Part shown: positions 27,055-37,203 of the stretch, piece after piece
Layout of the letters: each line of letters starts with the position of its first letter
Position numbering within the stretch: position 1 is the stretch's first letter
Assembly (NCBI GenBank): GCA_020629955.1
Contig: JAHDCI010000004.1
Coordinates: 11,868 to 75,867 of the forward strand
Origin: Myxococcota bacterium
GTDB taxonomy: Bacteria > Myxococcota_A > Polyangia > Polyangiales > Houyiibacteriaceae
Length of the DNA: 64,000 nucleotides
Direction of reading: 5' to 3'
The notes under the pieces: generated by a model
Seen by the model: the letters and a program-made list of their open reading frames with translations, nothing else
Databases searched by the model: none
What the model was told of the DNA's origin: nothing
Translations under genes and position numbers: made by a program

Positions 27055-27341
27055 AGAAAATGAGCCTGCCTACGCAACTTTGTCCTCCTTTGGACGAGGA
27101 TGCTTTTGCGTGGAGGATCCGCCGCGTAGGTTTCGGACCCGAATTTTCGAAGCTTGGTTGAACAGCGACGGCGAGAAGATAGTCCCGGCTGCTGCGACGC
27201 CGAGCTGCGTCCGAAGGCGATGGCGGGCGGTCTTTGAAAGGAGACCGGAGGTCGGAGGTAGAGATGGGAAAAGTGCGCGCGAATTTTCCGGATGAGACAA
27301 AATCGGCGATAAAAGGTCGCTATTATGCCAAAATTTGGTGA
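27055..27341 (+). repeat. Copy B of the structured intergenic element, with a 25-codon mini-ORF (27264..27341)
   Basis: Same blocks and spacing as copy A. GGAGG lies 5 nt before the ATG at 27264. Confidence 0.85.
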
Positions 27342-27423
27342 TTCAGTCCGCTTTGTGCGCCTTTTGTGTGCTCACATTACTGAGCAGTTTTCTCCGCGCC
27401 TTTACGACCTACGTCGCAGACCT

Positions 27424-30400
27424 CTACTTCTTCGGCGGCGGTGGCGGAACCGTGAAGGGTCGAGGCGGCGGCGGGACGTCATCCACGTCTTCGATTTCGA
27501 AGTCGTCAAACTCCTCGATCTCCTCGAGTTCCTCGATCTCTTCAAAGTCTTCGATCTCTTCGACCTCCACCGAACCGCCGTCGAATTCTTCAAAGCCTTC
27601 GAACGAGTCACCCAGGTCTTCGACAAGCTCTACGGAATCGAGGACGTCGGCCTCGCCAAGGTCCGCGGCAGCGCCCAATGCCGCAGGCGGCGGCGCGCCC
27701 CACGGGTTGTCTGCTGCCGGCGAGCTTGGAGATACGCTCGGCGACCAATCGTTTTGGGCAGGCGGCGTTGAAGGCGGCATGCTCCACAAATCGTCTTCGT
27801 CATCCTCGACTTCGAGCTCAAGGTCGGAGACTTCTTCCACCGGTGCGCTCGGACTTGGAACGCCCCAAGGGTCGGCTTCGAAGGCGGGTGGCGGCACGAC
27901 CGAATCGCGCACCGGAACCTCGGAGATGCTCGCTTCCTGCGGACCATCCGAGAGCATGGCATCGATCGGGGATTGCAGTGCCGCGTCGACCGATGGCTTT
28001 TCCGGTTCTGCGAGCACACCGAATTCTTCCTCAAGGGAAGCGACCGATTCTGCGTAGGTAAACTCTTCTTCGAAACCGGCGAGCGACGGGGCGTCCGATT
28101 TGAGCTTCTGCAGTCCAGGCGTGTCGCTTGGGAAAGAAGTGTTCTCGCCGACCTCGAAAAACTCTTCGCTCTCAGGCTCATCGAGCGGCGTTAGGCCAGC
28201 AAGAGATTGCTCTGGTGCGGCCTCTTGAGGGGGGGCTGAAAACGAAGGGGGTGGGGGCAGATCGAGTGGCGCCGATGGCGCTTCGTCCGCGGGCTCTTCC
28301 ACCGCCGCGAGTTCTTCGACCAGCTCTTCGCGTGCGCTAGCATCGGGCAGCATCAACTCCGCGGTCCCGACTCGCTTCTGCTGTCCGAGTCGCTCGAGCG
28401 CCGCGCTCGCCTCGGTGTCGTCAGGGACCAACGCGAGGACCTTTTTCCACGCGTCGACCGCTTCCCACTTGTTGCCGAGGGCGTTCTCCCAGAGATCTGC
28501 AAGCTCGCGGAGAAGTCGCTCCTTGCGCTCACTATCGGTCGTGCCGCGCAGATCTTTTTCGAGCGCCATCTGGAGGTCCTGATGGCGACGAGCGTCTTTC
28601 AGGCTCGCAAAGAGAAGGTCGCTTGTCTCTGGGTTGCCACGTTCGACGGTGAGGAGTTGAGCGTAGACGTCTGCAGCTTTGCCAGGTTGGTTCAGCGGCC
28701 CGCGAAGGAGTGCGCCGCGTCGCCGTAGAAGCTCCGCGCTCACATAGGAGTCGAGGGCGTCGCGGACCAAGCGCTCAAGGTGTTGGTCGAGCTGGGTCAG
28801 GTGTCCGAGACGTTCGGCCAACTCGCCGAGCCCGTCCAGAATTTCTGGGGTGACCGCGTGGGTCGAAGCCAGTCGGAGCGCCGTAAACGCAGCTTCTCCA
28901 TCTTGAATGGTTTCGTCGAGGATCCGAGAAGCACGTGCGAGCATTTCCGCGCTCGCGGCGACGTTATCGTCATCTTCTTCCGCGAGCCGGTGATAAAGCT
29001 CCACGAGGTTTCGCGCGGCATCGTTCTTTCCGAGCTCCGGCCGGGCGCTGTCGAGCTCGATCACGCGCGTCTCAACGACTTCACGCAGTTCGGGGCTTCG
29101 GAGCGTCAGCGCGACCGCCTGAGCGATATATTGGAATGCCCGGCTGCGATCTTTGAGGCCCTCATCACACAAACGTGTCGCACTGAGGAGTGCTTCGATC
29201 CGCTCGTCGTCGGTGGCCGCTTGGGACTTTCGTCTCTCGTAGACGAAGAGCAGCTCGTCGGCGCGTCCCGCCTGTGGCGCAAGCTCTTCCGCCTTGAGCA
29301 AAAGCGCGTCGTCATCTGGCTTCAGAGAGCAGGCGCGAAGCACTCGATCGAGTGCCTCACTCGGTTCTCGTGCTTCGGTCTCGAGAAGCTTGGCGTGACG
29401 GAGCAAAAGCTCGGTCTTGGCTTCGATATCCGTCTCTTCGCGAATAAGCTTATCGTAAACCTGCGCGAGACGCGGCCACGCGCGGGCCTTGATCGAGAGC
29501 GAATCGACCCGCTCGAGGGTCTCTCGATCTTGAAGGTTGATCGCGAACGCGCGCAGTGCTGCTTCGAGTGCGTTGTTCGCATCGGAGAGGGGCCCGGCGT
29601 AGAGGTCGCTTGCCTCGTTCCATCTACGCTGTTGGACGCGCGGGTCCGCATCCGACTGCGCGATCGCGACGTAGAGCCCAGCCAGCCGGAGATGAAGATT
29701 GTTCGACTCGGCGAGCTCTCGGAGCAGCTCGTCCGCTCGATCGCTGTAGGAGATCAACGGCTCGAGGCGATTCCACGCTCCGTCGAGATCCCCCAACTGG
29801 CGCCATGCCAGCTCTGCTGCTTTCAAAGAAAGCTCCAGCCGGCGGTCATAATCCGGCTCGGTCGCGATCAGCCCGTCGGTCGCGTCCAAAAGTTCGCGAT
29901 GGCGTCCTTCTGCCTCGAGAAGGGATATGAGCCGTTCTCGGGGACGCGTATCGTTTGGGTCTGACGCAATCCAGTGGTTCAGCGAAATAATCGCCCGGGA
30001 CTTGTCTTCGAGTTCGGTTTCGTAGAGGTCCGAGAGTTTGCGAGCGAGCGGGAGCCGAAGCCCCGGGTCTTCCATAATTTGAAGACGCTTTTCGAGCGCG
30101 TCGGCAAGTCCTCGCTTATCCCCGGTCGCGCTGCAGCATTCCGCAAGGAGCGTGAGCGCTTTGAGGTTCTCCGGTTCCGCGGCGAGGACCACCTTACGCA
30201 GCTTGCCCGCGGCCTCGGAGTGGCGCTCCAGCGACACGAGCGCGTCGACCTGGCGAAGCGTGAGCGAGACTTTTGCTTCCTGTGCGATCAAAGGCTCGAT
30301 GCGATCGAGATAGTTCACAAGATCATCGAGCTTCGCGTGCGATTGGGCGTGATCGGCGAGCGCGGAGAGCGCCTCCAGGTCATCGCCCGGTTCGAGCACG

Positions 30401-32766
30401 CGTTCCCATGCTTCCGCGGCCGCGTCGGGATTCTGAACTTGGGTTGCCAGGGTGCGCGCGATCCGGCGATAGAGCTCCGCCTTTGCACGCGGGTCTTTTG
30501 TTTCTTCGTCGGCGCGCTTTCGAAGCAGTACGACCAAGTCGCGGTAGCGTTCGCCCCGGACGTAGACGGAACAGAGCGCGTCGAGAACCGCTCCGTTGTC
30601 CGGCTGCAGATCAAGCGCTTGTTGATAGTAATCTGCGGCCCGGTTCAGGTCGCCAAGACGCTCGTCGGCGATCTGTCCGATGCGGCCAACGATCTCCGCC
30701 CGGCGTTCCGTGGGAGTGACCTCGACCCGGTACGAAAGCGTATCGAGCAGACGGGCGTATCGCTCCCCTCGGATATCGATTCGCTCCATCCGATCGAGGG
30801 CGTTTTCGTTGTCCGGATCTTCATCGAGGAGCCGCGTCGCGGCTGCAAACGCACGGTCGTCATCGCCGAGCCGCGACTCGTACGTCGAGGCGAGAAGTTC
30901 GAGCAGCGCGATGCGGTCATCGCGTGTATCCGCGTCGACGATTCGCTCTTCGAGAAGCGGCACCGCTTCCGCCGCACGGTCGGATTGCAGCATGACGTCG
31001 CAAAGTTCGTCGCGTGCTGCCCGATCGTCGGGACGGATCTCTCGAACCCGGTCGAGCGCGTGAATCGCAGCTGGGATTCGCCCCAGTTGGTCACGATTGA
31101 TCTTGGCAATCTTCACCAAGATGGATGCTTTGGTATCGGGCTCCGTGGTGGCCAGCGCGCGCTGCTCGAGGAGATCGACGAGCTCGTCCCAGCGCTGCGC
31201 TTCTTCAAGCTTCTTCGCGAGTGCATCACGAGCATCCGATTGCGTGGGATCAATCGCGAGAATCGCGCGATACGCTCCGATGGCGCCTTCGGGATCTTGA
31301 AGTTTGGTTTCGCTTAGCGCGGCGACTTCGCGAAGCCGTTCGATTCGAGCTTCCACCGGCGCTCCGGCGGCGCGGCTCGCGAAGAGCATCAAATCTCGTA
31401 ACGCGCCGTCATCTTTACGTTTTCGGTATTGTGTTTCGAGAAACTGAATCGCCTCAGGATCCGGTGCGATACGAAGAATCTCTTCTGCGCGCGCGATCGC
31501 GTCATCGATCTCCCCTTGCGCGACAAGACTGTCGACAATCTCGCGCAGGCGCGGAACTTGTTGGTCCTTTGGCAATGAACCAACCGCGATACTCAGTGCA
31601 CGAGTCGCCTTCTTATGCTCGCCGCGCGTTCGGTAGAGATCGACGAGTGCTTCTGCTGCCTCGGCGTCGTTGTGTTCCAGGAGTGGCTCGAGGCACGCGA
31701 TGGCATCATCGGGCTGCCCGGCCTCAAGGTAGGCATAGCCGAGGCGCTTTCGGCGAACGTCGGCTCCCGGGGCGGTGGGAGCCGCCCTCAGATAGCCGAC
31801 CCACCGAGCGGGTAGAAGATCGTTTCGACCTTGATCCCGCGCGAGCCGTTCCAGCAACTCCATCGCGCCGTCGTGCGCGGGAATGGCGTCGAGCGCGGTT
31901 TCGCAGTACGCGATCGCGTGATCGGGAGGAGTGCTCTGCGCGAGCTGGTAGAGGAGGTCCGCTGCCCGGAAGCGTTCCTGTTCGCTCGCGGCTCCTTGTC
32001 CTCGCTTCGCAGCCCTTTGCAAGAGAAGCGTCGAGAGTTCGTGCAGCACCGCGAGATCGCCCGGTGCTTGCTCAAGCGCCCGCTCAAGCGCGTCAATTCC
32101 ACCTGGAACATCGTGCAGCTCGGTAGAGCGCATATGTGCGAGTTCACGAAGCAGTGCGACACGTCGATCGCGGGTCGGCTCCGCCTTGATTTCCAGATCG
32201 AAGAGCTGCGCGGCCGCTTTGAGATTGCCCTCCCGCCGATAAATTTCTCGCGCGCCGTAGATGGCTGCGACCAACGTACCGTCCGCTTCGAACGCGCGCC
32301 GATAGTGGCCGACCGCGCGATCTGGCCGCGACATCGTTGTCTCGTAAAGTTGACCGATTCGATATTCGACGGCGGCGGCACCACCGCGGTCGCCCGCTCT
32401 CGCCAGGCTCGCCGATCGCCGCTGGAGAAGCTCGAGAAGACGCATCGTATCGCCGGTCGCCTCGACCGCCGCCAGCAAGCGCTCACTCGCTTGGGTATGA
32501 CGCGGGTTCCGTTCAAGTGCCCGTTCATACAGGGAAATCGACCGCGCGGAGTCACCGAGATAATGACCGACGAGCTCGGCGGCCTCGAAGAAAGCTTGCG
32601 ACGAAGCGCGCGGATCCGGGCTTCGATTTGCCCACCCTTCGAGCAGGTTCGCGAGCGAAGCGTAGTCGGATCGCCGCTGATAATGAGCACGAAGCGCTTG
32701 AAAAGCTTCATGGTCATTTGGGTTCGCACGCAAGCGGGCGCGTAGATCCTCCGCGGTTCTATCCAT
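27424..32766 (-). CDS. Giant TPR-repeat protein (1780 aa) with acidic, Pro-rich C-terminal tail
   Basis: About 1400 aa of continuous TPR-like helical repeats. A disordered region follows and ends EEIEDFEEIEELEEIEEFDDFEIEDVDDVPPPPRPFTVPPPPPKK. Confidence 0.85.
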   Translation of the reverse strand: MDRTAEDLRARLRANPNDHEAFQALRAHYQRRSDYASLANLLEGWANRSPDPRASSQAFFEAAELVGHYLGDSARSISLYERALERNPRHTQASERLLAAVEATGDTMRLLELLQRRSASLARAGDRGGAAAVEYRIGQLYETTMSRPDRAVGHYRRAFEADGTLVAAIYGAREIYRREGNLKAAAQLFDLEIKAEPTRDRRVALLRELAHMRSTELHDVPGGIDALERALEQAPGDLAVLHELSTLLLQRAAKRGQGAASEQERFRAADLLYQLAQSTPPDHAIAYCETALDAIPAHDGAMELLERLARDQGRNDLLPARWVGYLRAAPTAPGADVRRKRLGYAYLEAGQPDDAIACLEPLLEHNDAEAAEALVDLYRTRGEHKKATRALSIAVGSLPKDQQVPRLREIVDSLVAQGEIDDAIARAEEILRIAPDPEAIQFLETQYRKRKDDGALRDLMLFASRAAGAPVEARIERLREVAALSETKLQDPEGAIGAYRAILAIDPTQSDARDALAKKLEEAQRWDELVDLLEQRALATTEPDTKASILVKIAKINRDQLGRIPAAIHALDRVREIRPDDRAARDELCDVMLQSDRAAEAVPLLEERIVDADTRDDRIALLELLASTYESRLGDDDRAFAAATRLLDEDPDNENALDRMERIDIRGERYARLLDTLSYRVEVTPTERRAEIVGRIGQIADERLGDLNRAADYYQQALDLQPDNGAVLDALCSVYVRGERYRDLVVLLRKRADEETKDPRAKAELYRRIARTLATQVQNPDAAAEAWERVLEPGDDLEALSALADHAQSHAKLDDLVNYLDRIEPLIAQEAKVSLTLRQVDALVSLERHSEAAGKLRKVVLAAEPENLKALTLLAECCSATGDKRGLADALEKRLQIMEDPGLRLPLARKLSDLYETELEDKSRAIISLNHWIASDPNDTRPRERLISLLEAEGRHRELLDATDGLIATEPDYDRRLELSLKAAELAWRQLGDLDGAWNRLEPLISYSDRADELLRELAESNNLHLRLAGLYVAIAQSDADPRVQQRRWNEASDLYAGPLSDANNALEAALRAFAINLQDRETLERVDSLSIKARAWPRLAQVYDKLIREETDIEAKTELLLRHAKLLETEAREPSEALDRVLRACSLKPDDDALLLKAEELAPQAGRADELLFVYERRKSQAATDDERIEALLSATRLCDEGLKDRSRAFQYIAQAVALTLRSPELREVVETRVIELDSARPELGKNDAARNLVELYHRLAEEDDDNVAASAEMLARASRILDETIQDGEAAFTALRLASTHAVTPEILDGLGELAERLGHLTQLDQHLERLVRDALDSYVSAELLRRRGALLRGPLNQPGKAADVYAQLLTVERGNPETSDLLFASLKDARRHQDLQMALEKDLRGTTDSERKERLLRELADLWENALGNKWEAVDAWKKVLALVPDDTEASAALERLGQQKRVGTAELMLPDASAREELVEELAAVEEPADEAPSAPLDLPPPPSFSAPPQEAAPEQSLAGLTPLDEPESEEFFEVGENTSFPSDTPGLQKLKSDAPSLAGFEEEFTYAESVASLEEEFGVLAEPEKPSVDAALQSPIDAMLSDGPQEASISEVPVRDSVVPPPAFEADPWGVPSPSAPVEEVSDLELEVEDDEDDLWSMPPSTPPAQNDWSPSVSPSSPAADNPWGAPPPAALGAAADLGEADVLDSVELVEDLGDSFEGFEEFDGGSVEVEEIEDFEEIEELEEIEEFDDFEIEDVDDVPPPPRPFTVPPPPPKK

Positions 32767-32922
32767 TCGGCGATCGGGACGCTACCACGCTTTTGCTCGC
32801 TTTTGTCCATTTGCGATCAAAGATTGCCCTTTTCAAAAATGCGCCGCGCTTGGTGATTTACGGATCGAGCGCCGTGAGCGAAGGCCTTGGCGAACTCCCC
32901 GCTTTGCTTTACTCCCTTCGCT

Positions 32923-33549
32923 ATGTGGGACCGCGACGCCTTTCAAACTTCCCTACGCACGCCCTCGGTCGATCCGGTCGAACGCTTTGCGAGCCTCTTT
33001 GCGGCTGCATCCGCTTTGGAGAGCGAACGCGAAGCAAACCGGGCGGTGCTCTCGACCGCAGACTCAAGTGGGCGTCCTGACGCGCGTTTCGTGTTGTTGA
33101 AGCACCTCGATGAGCGCGGGATCTGCATTTTCGGTTCGTACGAGAGCCGGAAAGGACGTTCGATGCGCGAAAATCCGCAAGCGAGCGTGGCGATGCACTG
33201 GTGGCCGCTCAACACCCAAGTTCGGGCCTTTGGATCGATTGAGCGCCTCAGCGAAGCGGAGTCGGATTCGTACTTTGAGTCGCGCTCTCGCGGCTCTCGC
33301 CTCGGCGCATGGGCTTCCCCTCAATCCCAGCGGATCGACCGGTTCGAATCGCTTGAAGACCGGTTTGCGGAGGCCGGCGCCCGCTTCGAGGGGGCACCCG
33401 TCCCCCGACCAGAACATTGGGGGGGATATCGCCTCAACCCGCTCGAGATCGAGTTCTGGTTTAACGAAGACGCACGGATGCACCGCCGGTTCGTCTTCAC
33501 GCGACCGGATTCCGGCGCCGCCTGGGGACTGCACTTCCTCGCGCCATGA
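32923..33549 (+). CDS. pdxH: Pyridoxamine 5'-phosphate oxidase
   Basis: RFVLLKHLDERG..F.SYESRKG...NP, WASPQSQ, PEHWGGYRL and IEFW motifs are collinear with PdxH. The ATG at 32923 is preferred over the TTG at 32887. Confidence 0.85.
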   Translation: MWDRDAFQTSLRTPSVDPVERFASLFAAASALESEREANRAVLSTADSSGRPDARFVLLKHLDERGICIFGSYESRKGRSMRENPQASVAMHWWPLNTQVRAFGSIERLSEAESDSYFESRSRGSRLGAWASPQSQRIDRFESLEDRFAEAGARFEGAPVPRPEHWGGYRLNPLEIEFWFNEDARMHRRFVFTRPDSGAAWGLHFLAP

Positions 33550-34466
33550 GCTCGTCAAAGACGGTCGCGCTGACAAAGATCACGCTTGCTTATCTCGTCG
33601 CTCTGCTCGTCTCCGCGGGTTTGCTTTGGCTTCCAGCCATCGCGGAACTGGATCCGATCTGGCGCGCGTTCATGCTCGACATCGCGGGCACCTTCGTCAT
33701 CTTCGGTTTCAGTGTTCTGTACCGAAACGCTTCGACGTACGACGCCTATTGGTCCGTCGCTCCGGTCGCGCTTGCGCTCTATTGGTGGATGGATTCCGGC
33801 GCGGATCTTTCCGTGAGAGCGCTGCTCGTTCTGCTGATGGTGTGTTGGTGGGGAGGGCGTCTGACGTACAGCTGGGCGCGAGGCTGGACCGGGTTCGGGC
33901 ACGAAGATTGGCGCTATGTGAACCTACGTGAACAGACCGGACCGGCCTATCCTTTGGTGAACCTTTTCGGCATTCATCTCTTTCCGACGGTTCAGGTGTT
34001 TCTCGGTATGTTGCCGGTGCAGCTGGTGCTGAGCGCCGGGGACCCTTCCTTCACGTGGCTCGACGGGCTTGCGCTTGTCGTGACGGCCGGCGCGATTTGG
34101 ATCGAACAAAAGGCCGACCATGAGCTGCATCTCTTTCGGAAGCGTGACAATCCCTCGCGCGAAGATGTGCTCAATACCGGGCTGTGGGCGCGATCGAGGC
34201 ATCCCAACTATTTTGGCGAGATGAGCTTCTGGTGGGGCCTCTTTCTATTTGGCCTCGCGGTTCCCACCAGTCTCCTTGAAGAACTCTCGATCGCCGACCT
34301 GCAGCTTTGGCGCGGCGTGGGTGCGCTCTCTATCTCGGTGATGTTTGTCTTCATCAGCTTGCCCATGATCGAGAAGCGTCACCGCGAGCGACGTCCGGCG
34401 TTTGATCGGCTCGCGGCGAAGAATATGGTCTTTCTAGGATCGGCGCGCCGCCCCGACGCGGACTAG
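33546..34466 (+). CDS. DUF1295 / steroid 5-alpha-reductase-like membrane protein
   Basis: ATGA overlap with pdxH and a multi-TM profile. Motifs: GRLTYSW..., HEDWRY and WARSRHPNYFGE. Confidence 0.8.
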   Translation: MSSSKTVALTKITLAYLVALLVSAGLLWLPAIAELDPIWRAFMLDIAGTFVIFGFSVLYRNASTYDAYWSVAPVALALYWWMDSGADLSVRALLVLLMVCWWGGRLTYSWARGWTGFGHEDWRYVNLREQTGPAYPLVNLFGIHLFPTVQVFLGMLPVQLVLSAGDPSFTWLDGLALVVTAGAIWIEQKADHELHLFRKRDNPSREDVLNTGLWARSRHPNYFGEMSFWWGLFLFGLAVPTSLLEELSIADLQLWRGVGALSISVMFVFISLPMIEKRHRERRPAFDRLAAKNMVFLGSARRPDAD

Positions 34467-34485
34467 CACCAATCTCCTGCGTGGG

Positions 34486-35376
34486 TCAGCCCGCCTGTAT
34501 CTGAAACCAGGTGCTCGCGGCAGCGGCGATCATGGCGACCACGAAACCGAGCACTCCGTGCGCCCAAGCTTGAAATGCCGGTGTGGTATCGAGCGCGCCG
34601 ACGTTGCGTTGAGAGCTCGCACCCACGAGGGCGCCGAGGAGCACCAGGGAGGGGCTGACCCACAGGCGAAGGGCGAGCGCGCCGGTGAGGACCAACGCGG
34701 CGCTCAGCTGGGTGGCGACGCGATGGCGGAGCGAAAGCGAGGAGAGTGCGTTGCGGTCTTCGGCGTACGCGTCAATGCCGACGATCGCGACGCCGCTCAG
34801 AACCAACACGCCGATGGCCGCGGACGGCGCGGCGAGAGAATCTCCGGCCCAAATCAGCGGCAGGAAAAGCATGGGACCCGCGCTACCCGCGAAGATCCAA
34901 AACGCGATGCGTGAGAAGCGGCTCGTGACGCGGATGCGGCGAAAAGCGTACGCACCCGTGAGCGCCGCAATCGGCGCAGCGCTTAGAAATGCGAGCAGCT
35001 CGAGGGTCGCTCTTCCCGGCTCGGTCACGATCTGAGCGCCCGTGATCGCCCCCGCGACGGCGATCGCAATCCCAAGCTCTTGCCGGCGAACCCGGACGAT
35101 TAGCCAGGCAAGAAGCGCGGGCAGCGCGACCGATTGCAAGAGCGCGAGGTGGCTTTGAGCGTCTTCTCGTTCACCCTGAAAGAGCGGCGCGCCGGGAGGT
35201 TCCATCCAGCCGGTCAGTTCCAGCACGCCGAGCATGAGCGAGGTCGCAAAGACGAAGCGTCCGAGTGTCGCGAGGCTTGAGCGAGCTTTGCCATCCGAGG
35301 CGACAAGGCTCGTCGAGTTGCTTCCGAGTCGAAGCGCTCCGAGCACGAGCAAGCCGCCGAGGAGTGCGCCGATCAT
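34486..35376 (-). CDS. Polytopic membrane protein, hypothetical
   Basis: 296-aa ORF, about 8 hydrophobic helices, ATGA overlap with the upstream esterase gene. Confidence 0.6.
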   Translation of the reverse strand: MIGALLGGLLVLGALRLGSNSTSLVASDGKARSSLATLGRFVFATSLMLGVLELTGWMEPPGAPLFQGEREDAQSHLALLQSVALPALLAWLIVRVRRQELGIAIAVAGAITGAQIVTEPGRATLELLAFLSAAPIAALTGAYAFRRIRVTSRFSRIAFWIFAGSAGPMLFLPLIWAGDSLAAPSAAIGVLVLSGVAIVGIDAYAEDRNALSSLSLRHRVATQLSAALVLTGALALRLWVSPSLVLLGALVGASSQRNVGALDTTPAFQAWAHGVLGFVVAMIAAAASTWFQIQAG

Positions 35377-36773
35377 TCAACGCCCGTCGCTTCCGATGCC
35401 GTGCTTTCCGAGAAGAGCGCTTCAAGGAATCGAAGTCCGGCGAGGCGCCGCTCGTGGCTGCCGGTGAAATGATCTCCATCGGTTGGTTCGAAATGGTGCG
35501 CGATTCCCAGCGTCTCAAGCTGTGCGTGAAAACGTTCTGCTGGCTCGAAAAGGCCGAAGGCATCGTTACGACCGACCGAGATGAAGAGACGCCCATCCAA
35601 CTCTTCGCGCAACGCGCGCGCCACGTCAGGTTCGTCGATCAGAACGATTGGAGAGTTCATTCGCCACCGATCCCATGCTTCGGTCGGCGTACAGCTCTCG
35701 GGATCGAGGGGCCACTCAATCGCGCCGATGCGCGCATCGGGGTCGAAGGAGAGCGCGTAGCTTACGAACTGACCGGCGCCGCCCACGCCCGCCTCAAGCG
35801 CTTGCCACGCGCACCAGTTCTCGCGTCCCTCACCGTTTTCGAAAAGCCAGTGCTCCATGTCGAGCGCGTCCGGCGAAGAGGCTGCCGCAGCGTGAAATAG
35901 ATCGGGTCGCCGGAGCGAAAGTGCGATCGCGTTAAAGCCTCCTGTGGAATGGCCAAGAAGCGCGCGATGGTCGGCATCCGGGTGCGTTCGATACTCGGCG
36001 TCGACGAGAGCCACAATATTCTCGAGATGCGTCATCCACGCGCCGCTCGCTGGATGGTCGTAGAAATACGAGGTGCCGAAGAAGGACCGTCCATCCACGC
36101 CAACCAGGATCGCGTCCCTCGTTTCGGGGTGAAGGCGCCGGTAAACGTTGTGATCGCCGCCATATCCGGGGAGCAGATAGATGACCGGATATCGAGCCTC
36201 AGCTTCGGCATAACCCTCCGGCAGCATGACGCAGATTCTCCGCGCTTCGGGCCTGTCGGAGATCCGTCCTGGCCCTTCGAGTTCGTGAAGAATCTGGCGC
36301 TCTCCGGTACATCGCTCGGGGTGCTCGTGAGCCCGGCCAGGAGTGAGCGCTTGCACAAAGGACGGCCCTTCCACAAGGCCTTCCGAGAGCGCGTAAAAAC
36401 CAGCTTCCCCAACCTCGCCGAGCAGCGCTCCGAGGGCATCGCCTCCAGGAGGAATACTCGCGACCAAGAGCGCGCTTGGCTGCTCGGGAACGCTCAACTC
36501 GAAGCGAGTACCTTCTGCTTGTAAGCGAGTCGCGGGTACAACATTCGCGTTCTGAAGTAGATCGGCGAAATGGTGATCTTGGAACGCCCCGGTTTGAAAC
36601 GCGGTGTGAATCTCTTCTGGGACCCAAGCCCATACGAGCGCCTGCTGCACCTCAGCGCCGGTTAGCGTCACCTGCCATGAAGAGAGGGTCGGGGGCCCTT
36701 CGGGTTGAATCGCTCGTGCTCCTCCGCATCCCACAAGGAGCACTAAGACAACAAAAAGAACCCGCAATGACAT
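35373..36773 (-). CDS. Alpha/beta-hydrolase esterase lipoprotein (esterase D / enterochelin-esterase-like)
   Basis: The ATG at 36773 gives MSLRVLFVVLVLLVGC. YLLPGYGGDHN and the nucleophile elbow GHSTGG are present. Confidence 0.75.
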   Translation of the reverse strand: MSLRVLFVVLVLLVGCGGARAIQPEGPPTLSSWQVTLTGAEVQQALVWAWVPEEIHTAFQTGAFQDHHFADLLQNANVVPATRLQAEGTRFELSVPEQPSALLVASIPPGGDALGALLGEVGEAGFYALSEGLVEGPSFVQALTPGRAHEHPERCTGERQILHELEGPGRISDRPEARRICVMLPEGYAEAEARYPVIYLLPGYGGDHNVYRRLHPETRDAILVGVDGRSFFGTSYFYDHPASGAWMTHLENIVALVDAEYRTHPDADHRALLGHSTGGFNAIALSLRRPDLFHAAAASSPDALDMEHWLFENGEGRENWCAWQALEAGVGGAGQFVSYALSFDPDARIGAIEWPLDPESCTPTEAWDRWRMNSPIVLIDEPDVARALREELDGRLFISVGRNDAFGLFEPAERFHAQLETLGIAHHFEPTDGDHFTGSHERRLAGLRFLEALFSESTASEATGVE

Positions 36774-36891
36774 GAAAGGCTCATACTTCGAGAAGGCAGC
36801 ACAAGCACCCCAACCGAGCCGTTCCGTCTGACGATTGGCCCGTTGGTTTATTCCGAATGCCACGATTCGAAAGGGAGTCATCAACGGGCTG

Positions 36892-37203
36892 CTAGACGTC
36901 GGTCGCTTCGATGACGACCCCACCGAAACGCGCTTCTTTGGCGATGCATCGGGCGCCGCCGACGACGCAGCGAACCCCGCCAACGATGTGATCCTCCTGG
37001 GATTCGAGCACCTCGCCTCGAAAGCGTTTTACACCCAGGCCGCCGCTGAGGCTCATGTTGTGAAAACGCAACTGGCGACCTTCTTCGTCAAAGGCTCCAA
37101 GGGCCACACATGCGCGGCAGAGGTAACGCGGGTAGCGAGGGTTCTGTGACACGCTCGCATCACAACGACCGCATCGTTGTTCGGAGTCGCTCGCTTGATT
37201 CAA
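36892..37203 (-). CDS. Small Cys-rich (CxxC...CxxC) protein, hypothetical
   Basis: The TTG start overlaps the kinase stop (TTGA). Motifs RCGRC...YLCRAC. The only evidence is coupling and composition. Confidence 0.4.
   Translation of the reverse strand: MNQASDSEQRCGRCDASVSQNPRYPRYLCRACVALGAFDEEGRQLRFHNMSLSGGLGVKRFRGEVLESQEDHIVGGVRCVVGGARCIAKEARFGGVVIEATDV

Noticed and set aside
27335-28057. 240-aa Ser-rich plus-strand ORF opposite the TPR protein tail.
   Set aside because: It is the antisense reading of the acidic, E-rich tail (GAA/GAG gives TTC/CTC, hence Ser/Phe/Leu). It has no start context and overlaps a long, well-supported gene.
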